A stretch of DNA of 27,983 nt from Macrostomum lignano (Eukaryota), in assembly GCA_002269645.1 (NCBI GenBank), contig NIVC01002458.1, positions 1-27,983 on the forward strand, written 5' to 3'. Within the stretch, counting starts at the first letter, position 1, and every line of letters starts with the position of its first letter. Of this stretch, positions 1-9,658 are shown piece by piece. The notes below the pieces were generated by a model, which was not told where the DNA came from, ran no database searches, and saw only the letters and a program-made list of their open reading frames with translations. The translations under genes were made by a program, and so were the position numbers.

Positions 1-372
1 TCACCGCGGCATCGAATCTGTGTTTGGCGATCGTTGCATCGAGGACCTGTGGCTGCCATATTTCTGCATCACTACTGATATTACTAAATCGCAGATGCGA
101 GTTCACACCAGCGGCTCGTTGTGGCGCTACGTTCGAGCCAGCATGTCTCTGAGCGGCTACCTGCCGCCCTGTGCGACCCGGCCAGCGGCAACTTGCTCCT
201 AGACGGCGGCTACGTCAACAACCTGCCGGCCGATGTGATGAAACTAAGTTTGCCCCGTCTACTATCTTCGCTGTGGATGTCGTCGCAGGATGAGACTAAT
301 TTGACTAATTATGGAGACGAGCTGTCCGGCTGGTGGCTGCTGTACAAGCGGATTAATCCGTTTGCCGCCAAG
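1..372 (+). CDS. PNPLA6: NTE/swiss-cheese (PNPLA6/7) patatin-domain exon, 5'-truncated by the window and containing small frame-breaking deletions
   Basis: Frame 2 reads [16 protein letters not shown]...[19 protein letters not shown]; frame 1 continues [18 protein letters not shown] (catalytic DGG motif) and [24 protein letters not shown], all hallmark NTE sequence. TIFAVDV lies in the third frame at 261-281. Donor AAG|GTGCGA at 373. Confidence 0.9.
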
Positions 373-464
373 GTGCGACCTTCTCCGTCTATTTAGTTTG
401 ATGCATGGCTATATGCGACTGTTGTTTAATTAGCTCACCCGTGACACCGCTTGATTGCTTATCT

Positions 465-921
465 ATATGACACTGGAGCTCAATTAGCTTGCCTGTGTGA
501 CACTGGAGCTCAATTAGCTTACCTGTGTGACACTGGAGCTCAATTAGCTTACCTGTATGATACTGGAGCTCAATTAGCTTGCCTGTGTGACACTGGAGCT
601 CAATTAGCTTACCTGTGTGACACTGGAGCTCAATTAGCTTACCTGTATGATACTGGAGCTCAATTAGCTTGCCTGTGTGACACTGGAGCTCAATTAGCTT
701 ACCTGTGTTACACTGAAGCTCAATTAGCTTACCTGTACTGGAGCTCAATTAGCTTATCTATGTCACACTGGAGCTCAGTTAGCTTACCTGTACTGGAGCT
801 CAATTAGCTTATCTATGTCACACTGGAGCTCAGTTAGCTTACCTGTACTGGAGCTCTATTAGCTTACCTGTACTGGAGCTCAATTAGCTTATCTATGTCA
901 CACTGGAGCTCAATTAGCTTA
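465..921. repeat. ~30-bp minisatellite (cactggagctcaattagcttacctgtgtga) in NTE intron
   Basis: About 15 tandem units read directly, with shorter variants toward the 3' end. Confidence 0.95.
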
Positions 922-998
922 TTTAGGACAGCAGTTGTTCCATTGTCTTAGCTAAGTTTCGCAATCAGGTTGTGTAATGCATCACTTCGCCCAATCAG

Positions 999-1235
999 GT
1001 GAACGTGCCGAACCTGACCGAGATCCAGTCCCGTCTGGCGTACGTGTCCTGCGTTCGCCAATTGGAGCGCGTGAAATCTGACGGCCTGTGCGAATACCTG
1101 CGGCCGCCAATTGAACGATACGCCACTCTGCAATTCGGCTCGTTTGAAGAAATCTACCAGGTCGGCTATCGCTACGCATTGGACGCCATTACCAAGTGGA
1201 GCCGATCTAAAAAGCTGCCGGTGTTTAAACGACAG
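999..1235 (+). CDS. PNPLA6: NTE/PNPLA6/7 penultimate exon
   Basis: Acceptor ccaatcAG at 997-998. Reads [23 protein letters not shown]...[22 protein letters not shown], matching NTE. Donor CAG|GTGAGT at 1236, phase 0 on both sides. Confidence 0.95.
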
Positions 1236-1810
1236 GTGAGTTTTCATGATATTGTGCTTAACACAAGCTGTACCTTGGGAGCAAGCAAGCATTGCAACAG
1301 GCCCCAAGTTTGTGGCTACTCTGACTGGTAATGTGTTCTTTTCAACCTTTTGTGCGGCTTGTTGGTAACTTCAGATTGCTAATGATTGGTGTGGGCAAAT
1401 ATATGCGAGGATGGGCGACTGCAATGCGACTGAGAGGCGACTGTTGAGTCACTAGGGCATCGTGTGAGTTGCAGAATCGTAAGAGTGCCTAAAAAGTCGT
1501 CCAAAAGTCGTATTAGCGCTCAACTTTCTACCATTGAGTTGTTAAAAATCTGAAATGCGATTCTGATTCATTAAAGTGACGCAGATGCGCTTTAGACGCA
1601 ACTCAGCGATTCTTTAGCGACTCCAGACACGAGTCTACGGTCCCCGGAGTCGTTTCAGAGTCGCACACAATAAAAACCCTTGAAATTTAATCTTAGGCGA
1701 CTTTTTGATGACTTTTTGGCGAGTAAATTCTTTCCTATTCTACCTGTGTTACCTGCAACCTCCCGAACATCCTCCCGAATTACCGAACATCCCGACTTCG
1801 GCCATTGCAG

Positions 1811-2509
1811 ATCAGCCGCCAACAGTCCGATCCCCTGGCATCCTCAACCAATCCCAATGCTGCTGCCACCGCCGCAGCGGCCGCCGCCGCAGCCGTGGCC
1901 GCCACCGCGCCGGAGGAGCAGGCGCCGCCTTCTCTGCGCTTCACCGACCTGGCCGAGATGCTCTGCCGCATTGACAACCCCGCTGGCGGCGGCGGAGGCG
2001 GCAGCGGCGGCCGAGGTGCCCGGCTGGCGCTAAACGACTCGGACGGAGAAGCCCCGGTAGTGTGGTCGGACGGTTGCCTTGACGACGATTCCAGCAGTTC
2101 GACGAGCAACTCCGACGAAGATTACGACGATAATGTCGGTGAAAATGGCGATAAAATACCGGCTGGCAGCCAGCAGAACGACGCTGTCGACAACGGCATC
2201 ATCGGCAGCGGTGTCGGTGGCGACGGTGCGTTGCAGGATGAGCCGCAGCACTTTAGCGATCCCGAGCTATTCGGCGGCGTTGACGACGACATGGATGCCG
2301 GCGCCGCCGATGACGAATCGGGCGACGATCAGTTGGGCGTCGACGTGCCCCGCCGTGCCGGTTCCTCGGTTAGGCGGCGTCGCCGAGTCGGCGGCGTTCG
2401 TCTGGCCACCGCGGCCACGTCGGCGGCTGTCGCTGCCGTGGCTGAAGGCGGCAAGAAGGCGGTGCAGTTCAGCTTCGATGATGGCAACCTGATTCGGGGA
2501 TCGCTGTGA
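1811..2509 (+). CDS. PNPLA6: NTE/PNPLA6/7 last exon: conserved FTDLAE motif followed by a low-complexity acidic tail
   Basis: Acceptor ttgcAG at 1809-1810, phase 0. RFTDLAEMLCRID resembles the NTE C-terminal SFTDLAEIVSRIE motif. Stop TGA at 2507-2509. Confidence 0.8.
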   Translation: MSRQQSDPLASSTNPNAAATAAAAAAAAVAATAPEEQAPPSLRFTDLAEMLCRIDNPAGGGGGGSGGRGARLALNDSDGEAPVVWSDGCLDDDSSSSTSNSDEDYDDNVGENGDKIPAGSQQNDAVDNGIIGSGVGGDGALQDEPQHFSDPELFGGVDDDMDAGAADDESGDDQLGVDVPRRAGSSVRRRRRVGGVRLATAATSAAVAAVAEGGKKAVQFSFDDGNLIRGSL

Positions 2510-2943
2510 ACTGGCGGCGGCTGGGCCTTAGTCTGCTGTGCTTTCCTTTCAATGAGGATTTTTAAACTGTCGTTTTTTACCTGTCGAAAGATGGGACTTT
2601 CAACTGGTTCGCTTTGCGTCTAATTGTAATGCCTGTTTTTTCTCCTCGCTTTGTATTTGTAATTGCGACGTGTAGCTATTTAATTCGCTACTTAGTTATG
2701 ATTTTTTGTTGCGCAGAATTTGAAGAAAATGCAAAGATGACACGTGTTTCACTTACCCTGATTGTATCTGCCAAATTTATTGATAATTAGTTTTATTTTT
2801 TCCGCAAATTTGATAAACATTTATTATGCTTTTGTTCGGCTATGTTCGATTTTGAAAAAATAGCATAGTCAACTTTTACTTTTAAAATTATATCGAATCT
2901 TTCAACAACTCATTTAACCATTTAACCGCTACTTAATAATTGC

Positions 2944-3990
2944 CATGAAATCCTAACTGAAGTCTAAGGCCTCTGCAAGAATCTAGTTTTCATTTTCTTC
3001 ACTACATTGTTTGTGTACCCTTTCGCAGTGTACCCCTCAATTTCCTTCACTCTATCCTCAGTGTACACTCGCTCCAACCCCTCAATTTCACCCCACTCTA
3101 TCCCCAGTGTACACTCGCTCCAACCCCTCAATTTCACCCCACTCTATCCCCAGTGTACACTCGCTCCAACCCCTCAATTTCACCCCACTCTATCCCCAGT
3201 GTACTCTCGCTCCCACCCCTCAATTTCACTTTACTCTATCCCCAGCGTACAGTCGCTATTTCACGCCACTCTATCCTCAGTGTACACTCGCTCCAACCCC
3301 TCAATTTCACCCCACTCTATCCCCAGTGTACACTCGCTCCAACCCCTCAATTTCACCCCACTCTATCCCCAGCGTACTCTCGCTCCAACCCCTCAATTTC
3401 ACGCCACTCTATCCCCAGTGTACACTCGCTCCAACCCCTCAATTTCACGCCACTCTATCCCCAGTGTACACTCGCTCCAACCCCTCAATTTCATGAAATC
3501 CTAACTGAAGTCTAAGGCCTCTGCAAGAATCTAGTTTTCATTTTCTTCACTGCATTGTTTGTGTACCCTTTCGCAGTGTACCCCTCAATTTCCTTCACTC
3601 TATCCTCAGTGTACACTCGCTCCAACCCCTCAATTTCACCCACTCTATCCCCAGTGTACACTCGCTCCAACCCCTCAATTTCACCCACTCTATCCCCAGT
3701 GTACACTCGCTCCAACCCCTCAATTTTACCTATCCCCAGCATACAGTCGCTCCAACCCCTCAATTTCACTCCACTCTATCGTCAGCGTGCACTTGCTCCC
3801 ACCCCTCAATTTCACTTCACTCTATCCCCTAGTGTACACTCGCTCCCACCCCTCAATTTCACTTTACTCTATCCCCTAGTGTACACTCGCTCCCACCCCT
3901 CAATTTCACTTTACTCTATCCCCAGTGTACTCTCGCTCCCACCCATCAATTTCACTCCACTCTATCCCCAGCGTACACTCGCTCCCGGCC
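2944..3990. repeat. 46-bp minisatellite (ctctatccccagtgtacactcgctccaacccctcaatttcacccca) inside a 548-bp tandem segmental duplication
   Basis: Unit spacing 3050 to 3096. The unique flank catgaaatcctaactgaagtc... recurs at 2944 and 3492. Confidence 0.95.
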
Positions 3991-4644
3991 AAACCCTCGC
4001 CTGTCGCGGCTTACCCTTGTTTCTTGTGTCTGATAAAATATCGACTATTCGGCTTTCCTGATTAGGTTAGTGCGTGCAATTTACGTGCAATTTACTTTAA
4101 TAATAACTTACGAATTATGCTAATGTGTTTTCATTCCCTGTTTTTAAAGCAATGCAGTTTTTCTTTAGCTTCGAAACCATTTGAAGGGCGACCATTGACA
4201 ATAGCAAAAAGTTTTTTTTCGATATTTTGTCATGGGAAAGACTTTTTGCAACTATTGATAACATATTTTATTCCAAATTGAAAGTAGTTTCAGCCACTGT
4301 GATTTTACGCTCGTATATTCATAATTTTAAGCAAGTATCAAATTATTGTTCAAGTAGCTTATTGGCCTGTCAAATATTATTAAAGCGCTTGCCCAATTAG
4401 AATTTGTCAACCTAATTGTGGCTTTTAATTTTAGTCGCATGATTTAATTAGTTTGCTATTTTCAAACAGAAAGTGCATTGTGTACTATTCATGTCTGCAC
4501 AATCGCTCTCGGTGAAAGAAATTTTATCCTATTTTGTGAGATATGTAACACTGTTTTGCTTTACTTATTTACTCTTCTAAACAGTTGGTTCTAGTTCTAG
4601 TGTCTGATTGCAGTATCATACATTTGCACTATTAGAGTAAAGGC

Positions 4645-5120
4645 GGTTTAGGAGTGTGGTGTACATTGGAGGCAGTTTTGAGTCGGTTAATTAGTGTGGT
4701 GTACATTGGAGGCAGTTTTGAGTCGGTTAATTAGTGTGGTGTACATTGGAGGCAGTTTTGAGTCGGTTAAGGAGTGTGGTGTACATTGGAGGCAGTTTTG
4801 AGTCTGTTAAGGAGTGTGGTGTACATTGGAGGCAGTTTTGAGTCGGTTAAGGAGTGTGGTGTGTACATTAGGGTGTTGAGGCGGTTAAGGAGTGTGGTGT
4901 GTACATTAGAGAAGTGTTGAGGCGGTTAAGGAGTGTGGTGTACATTGGGGGCAGCTTTGAGTCGGTTAAGGAGTGTGGTGTGTACATTGGGTGCAGTTTT
5001 GAGTCGGTTAAGCAGTGTGGTGTGTACATCGGGGGCAGTTTTAGTCGGTTAAGCAGTGTGGTGTACATTGGGGGTGTTGAGGTGGTTAAAGAGTGTGGTG
5101 TGTATATTGGAGGGGATAGG
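4645..5120. repeat. ~40-bp minisatellite (ggagtgtggtgtacattggaggcagttttgagtcggttaa) upstream of the PRELID1-like gene
   Basis: Period 40 (4651, 4691, 4731...), degenerating toward the 3' end. Confidence 0.95.
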
Positions 5121-5233
5121 ATTAAGGTAGATTAGGAGTATATTTTGCAAAACAATGGATTTGGGTTAAACTTTACTGCCGTCACAAACCCTAATTATTG
5201 CATGCATGTGAGAGGCGACTGCCCTGTCTAAGC

Positions 5234-5602
5234 ATGGCGGACAGCGGCCATCTATCAGTGACGCAGCGCCTGCCATTCAGCTGGGAACGGGTCTGTCTGG
5301 CGTTTTGGCGGCGCTATCCTAATCCCTACGCTAAGCATATTGTCGCAGAGGACGTTGTCGACAGGCGCATTGTGGACGGCTGTTTGCACACCCGCCGACT
5401 GTTAGTTAAACAGAGATCCCCCGGCGCGCTGCCCTGGTATTTGAAATCCCTGACCAGCATGTGCGAGTACATTGTTGAAGACTCGGTTATCGATCCGGCT
5501 GCCAAGTCTATTGTCACAACCACAAGGAATATCGGACTGCTCACTCGGCTGGGCGTTTTCACCGAGACCGTGCACTACACTCCGTGTGGGGATGAGACTC
5601 GG
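5234..5602 (+). CDS. PRELID1: PRELI/Ups1-family (PRELID1-like) lipid transfer protein, exon 1
   Basis: ATG at 5234. FSWERVCLAFWRRYPNPYAKHIVAEDVVDR...LHTRRLL...YIVEDSVIDP..K..T.TRNI is the PRELI/MSF1 domain signature. Donor CGG|GTGAGC at 5603. Confidence 0.88.
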
Positions 5603-5614
5603 GTGAGCTCTATG

Positions 5615-5955
5615 TCCATCCACCCACCCCACAATCTCCTGACCCAGCCCCATGTACACTTGGCTTATCAAATACCCCCAAATTCCCTGCCCCAGCCATA
5701 TGTACACTCTGCTTATCACCCACCCCACAATCCCCTGCCCCAGCCCCATGTACACTCTGCTTATCACCCACCCCACAATCCCCTGCCCCAGCCATATGTA
5801 CACTCTGCTTATCACCCACCCCACAATCCCCTGCCCCAGCCATATGTACACTCTGCTTATCACCCACCCCCGATCCTCTGACCCACCCCCTTTACACTCT
5901 GCTTATCACCCACCCCCGATCCTCTGACCCACCCCCTTTACACTCTGCTTATCGC
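5615..5955. repeat. ~48-bp C-rich minisatellite filling the PRELID1-like intron
   Basis: Unit ctctgcttatcacccaccccacaatcccctgccccagccatatgtaca. It explains the HSAYHPPHNPLPQPYV pseudo-ORF. Confidence 0.93.
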
Positions 5956-6018
5956 ACACCGTTTCTCAATAAATTCAGTCATAAGCTTTATTTGTCTGTC
6001 CCACTCCACCTGCGCCAG

Positions 6019-6336
6019 GTGCTGAAAACCGTCCGCATCCGGCACACTGTCCGCGTGTCAGACTGGCTCCAGCGCAAGGCAAACAATTTCTTCATTAGCA
6101 GCTACGCCAAGCGGGTGGAGGACACGAACCGCGGCTTCATGCACGTGCTCAGCCAGATGTTTCCCAACGTTGTTGAGAAGGCCCGCGGCAACTACAAAGC
6201 CGGCCAAGAGCTGGCCAGATCTGCCAGGCAGTCTCTGCGCGACAAGCTCAACCATGTTGGCGCCGGGCCGGGCGGCCTGTTGGCCAGTCGCAGAATTCGC
6301 TGCCTCTGCCCGGTCTGCGCAAAATCAGATAAATGA
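6019..6336 (+). CDS. PRELID1: PRELID1-like exon 2 (joined protein about 228 aa)
   Basis: Acceptor gcgccAG at 6017-6018, phase 0. FFISSYAKRVEDTNRGFMHVL matches the final PRELI helix pattern (F..N..K...GF..VL), followed by an amphipathic tail. Stop at 6334-6336. Confidence 0.8.
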   Translation: MLKTVRIRHTVRVSDWLQRKANNFFISSYAKRVEDTNRGFMHVLSQMFPNVVEKARGNYKAGQELARSARQSLRDKLNHVGAGPGGLLASRRIRCLCPVCAKSDK

Positions 6337-6841
6337 TTGACCCGAGTTCTCTGCTAAATTGCTGATTTTTTATGGTCTTCAAAGTTACGAGATCGACTCG
6401 TGAGGAAAATCAAATATGAAAACTACCCGGACAACTCCCATGTCTATAGTTTATTGTACCGACTATATATTAATAATTTCTTCATAACATATTTCTATTT
6501 GCTGGATTTAATTGTAACCTATGCAATATTTTGCATACTCATATTTTTAATATATTACTTTCTGTGGGTTTTTTTACTTTTAAACTCAATCTCTCCCCAG
6601 CTAACTAGCCTACTATTAGTAGAGTTCAACGTTTGTTGCAACAAATAAATAAATAACTAACTAATAAACGAAAAGCTTAGTTCAAGGATATGAGAACCAA
6701 CTGGATTTCTACCGAAGATTGTTTCACAGTGGCGCAAGTTTGAATGCATAGTTTAATTATATTAATTAAAAGTGTAAAACTGTTATGATTTGTTTTGTAA
6801 ATTTAATGCGCGTCTTTATTTGTGTTTAGGTAGGAGTATGC

Positions 6842-7457
6842 TAGGGTAGATAGCGAGCACACCATAGGGTAAATAGCGAATAAACCATAGGGTAGATAGC
6901 GAACACAACATAGATTAGATAGTGAGCACACCATAGGGTAGATAGCGAGCACACCATAGGGTAAATAGCGAATAAACCATAGGGTAGATAGCGAACACAA
7001 CATAGATTAGATAGTGAGCACACCATAGGGTAGATAGCGAGCACACCATAGGGTAAATAGCAAATAAACCATAGGGTAGATAGTGAGCACACCATAGAGT
7101 ACATAGCAAGCACCCATAGGGTAGATAGCGAATAAACTATAGGGTAGATAGCGAGCACACCATAGATTAGATAGTGAGCACACCATAGGGTAGATAGCGA
7201 GCACCCCATAGGGTAGATAGCGAGCACACCATAGGGTAGATAGCAAGCACCCCATAGGGTAGATAGCGAGCACACCATAGGGTAGATAGCAAGCACCCCA
7301 TAGGGTAGATAGCGAGCACACCATAGGGTAGATAGCAAGCACCCCATAGGGTAGATAGCGAGCACACCATAGGGTAGATAGTGAGCACACCATAGGGTAG
7401 ATAGCGAGCACCCCATAGGGTAGATAGCGAGCACACCATAGGGTAGATAGCGAGCAG
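6842..7457. repeat. 23-bp minisatellite (catagggtagatagcgagcacac) between PRELID1-like and PGAM5
   Basis: Period 23 (7207, 7230...). Ends about 65 bp before the PGAM5 ATG. Confidence 0.95.
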
Positions 7458-7523
7458 CACTACATTTCATCTCCAGCCAGTCAGCCATTAAAATTGCCCC
7501 CCCCCCCTATCTGTCATGCCAGA

Positions 7524-7999
7524 ATGTCCGGCGTGCTACGCAAATGCGCCGCCCTGTTCGGCACAGCGGCCGCAATAGGCGCCTATCGTTACTATCAGCG
7601 CTTTGAGGACGGCAGCGGAGCTGGCGGAACCTACGGCGGCACCGGCCTGGCCGCCCGGTTCCTGCACTCTAGCCAGGCTTTGGCCTCCTTCACCAATAAT
7701 TTCGAACCGTCCGTACGCTGGGATAACAATTGGGATAGGCGAGATCCCAAGAGTCTGGTCCGGCCGCCGCGTAATGATGAAGAAAGGGCAGCCTATGAGA
7801 AAGCTCTCGAGGAGGCTGTGCCGAAATCGTCCAGGCACCTCATCCTGGTGCGGCACGCCCAGTACTGCGACGGCGACACCGACGCGGCCAGGTGTCTCAC
7901 TGAGCTCGGCTGGCAACAGGCTGAGCTCACTGGCCAGCGGCTCAAAGAGCTGAACTTGCCGCTGATTAAGCTGCACTTCTCCACCATGACTAGGGCCAA
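7524..7999 (+). CDS. PGAM5: PGAM5 mitochondrial Ser/Thr/His phosphatase, exon 1
   Basis: N-terminal hydrophobic anchor, WDNNWD motif (WDxNWD), RHLILVRHAQY catalytic RH motif, LTELGWQQAELTGQRL, STMTRA. Donor AA|GTGAGG at 8000, phase 2. Confidence 0.95.
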
Positions 8000-8089
8000 G
8001 TGAGGGGCCTGCATGCTTTGTTTAACCACTTTTAGGGCCTTTTGTTGGCCTCCATGGATACTATCCACCCCTGGGTCACCTGTCCCTTC

Positions 8090-8270
8090 AGTTATCCGCC
8101 CTTTATCCGCCCTGGGCCATCCGCCCCTTCAGTTGTCTGCCCTGGGTCATCTGCCCCTTCAGTATCCGCCCTTTAGCTGCCGCCTTAAGTCACTCATCTC
8201 ACCTGTTGCTTATCCGCATCCTGTCTTGTGTCTTCCTCTCCCCCCTTAGGTCATCCGCCCCTTGGTCATC
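8090..8270. repeat. Degenerate atccgccc-core repeat in PGAM5 intron 1
   Basis: Several (t/c)atccgccc units at irregular spacing. Confidence 0.7.
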
Positions 8271-8333
8271 TGTCGCCCTTTTTGTTTAACCTTATTTGTG
8301 TATTCGCCGCTTTCATTCAATCCGTGTCTGCAG

Positions 8334-8472
8334 GCAAACAGCTGAAGCAATTCGCCGTCATCTGCCGAGCAGCCTGAGCGCTGAGCCCTGCTCCTTGCTT
8401 GAGGAGGGCGCACCTGTGCCGCCTGAGCCACCGGCGCCGCACTATCAGCCCAGCCCGGACACATTTCATCAG
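8334..8472 (+). CDS. PGAM5: PGAM5 exon 2
   Basis: Acceptor ctgcAG at 8332-8333. Reads QTAEAIRRHLP...LLEEGAPVPPEPPAPHYQP (PGAM5 LLREGAPIEPDPP). Donor CAG|GTCTGC at 8473. Confidence 0.92.
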
Positions 8473-8539
8473 GTCTGCTCGCTGCTGCTGTGTATTTTAT
8501 TTATTTTTTCCTACTGTTTTCATATGCCACTTGGTTCCT

Positions 8540-9157
8540 GGATCATCCGCCCCTCTCATTTATCATCCGCCCCTATCCTTGATCATCCACCACTCCTCTC
8601 ATTGATCATCCGCCCCTCTGATCATCCGCCCCTATCCTTGATCATCCGCCCCTCCTCTCATTGATCATCCGCCCCTCTCCTTGATCATCCGCCCCTCCTC
8701 TCATTGATCATCCACCACGCCTCTCATTGATCATCCGCCCCTCACTTAGATCATCCGCCCCTCTCCTTGAGCATCCGCCCCTCACTTAGATCATCCGCCC
8801 CTCTCATTGATCAACCGCCCCTCTCCTTGATCATCCACCCCTCCTCTCATTGATCATCCGCCCCTCTGATCATCCGTTCACTCATTGATCATCCGCCCCA
8901 CTGATCATCCGTTCTCTCATTAATCATCCGCCCCTCTCCTTGATCATCCGCCCCTCCTCGCATTGATCATCTACCCCTCCTCTCATTGATCATCCGCCTC
9001 TCTGATCATCCGCCCCTCTTCTTGATCACCGCCCTTCTCCTTGAGCATCCGCCCCTCACTTAGATCATCCGCCCCTCACTTAGATCATCCGCCCCTCTCC
9101 TTGAGCATCCGCCCCTCACTTAGATCATCCGCCCCTCTCATTGATCATCGGCCTCTC
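8540..9157. repeat. ~20-25-bp minisatellite (gatcatccgcccctctcatt) in PGAM5 intron 2
   Basis: Roughly 28 units read directly. Confidence 0.93.
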
Positions 9158-9314
9158 TATTTGATAATTTGCTCATAAATTCAAGCTAGTTTTGTAGAAT
9201 TTTATCAATTTCAAATGCCTTATTTTCTACTGTCAGTAGAGAAACACGCGAATATCGCCAAATAAAAAATCGAAAGAATTCGCTAGCTTTGCTTATCTGG
9301 GGTCTCCCCCGCAG

Positions 9315-9587
9315 GACGGAGCCCGTATCGAGTCCGCATTTCGCCGCTTCTTCCATCGGGCGTCGGCCAGCCAAGCCGAGGACAGCTACGAATTGCTGGT
9401 CTGTCACGCCAACGTTATTCGCTATTTCGTCTGCCGGGCGTTGCAGCTGCCGCCGGAGGCTTGGCTCCGGTTCAGCCTAGACCACGGCTCCATCACCTGG
9501 ATAACTATTCGGCCAAATGGCCGGGTGGCAGTTCGATACGTTGGCAACTCGGGTCACATTCCGGCCGAGAAGTGCACCTATATTTGA
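9315..9587 (+). CDS. PGAM5: PGAM5 exon 3 (joined protein about 295 aa)
   Basis: Acceptor cccgcAG at 9313-9314. Reads [16 protein letters not shown]...[40 protein letters not shown]...RPNGRV...G..GHIP. Stop TGA at 9585-9587. Confidence 0.95.
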   Translation, partial: DGARIESAFRRFFHRASASQAEDSYELLVCHANVIRYFVCRALQLPPEAWLRFSLDHGSITWITIRPNGRVAVRYVGNSGHIPAEKCTYI

Positions 9588-9658
9588 TTTTTATTCATGG
9601 GGGATATTTTAGTTAGCTCTACGCCTGGTAGCTAGAGGGGAATAGTAATGCTGTAGGA

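Noticed and set aside
169-169. Programmed ribosomal frameshifting or RNA editing to explain the frame breaks
   Set aside because: No slippery sites, several scattered deletions, and similar single-base losses in nearby repeat units point to sequence error or decay.
6400-6648. 82-aa hydrophobic ORF after PRELID1-like
   Set aside because: AT-rich 3' UTR sequence with a GTG start; hydrophobicity follows from T-richness.
7770-7800. KEAP1-binding NxESGE motif absent from PGAM5
   Set aside because: To my knowledge that motif is a vertebrate feature, and the sequence here resembles invertebrate PGAM5, so its absence is unremarkable.
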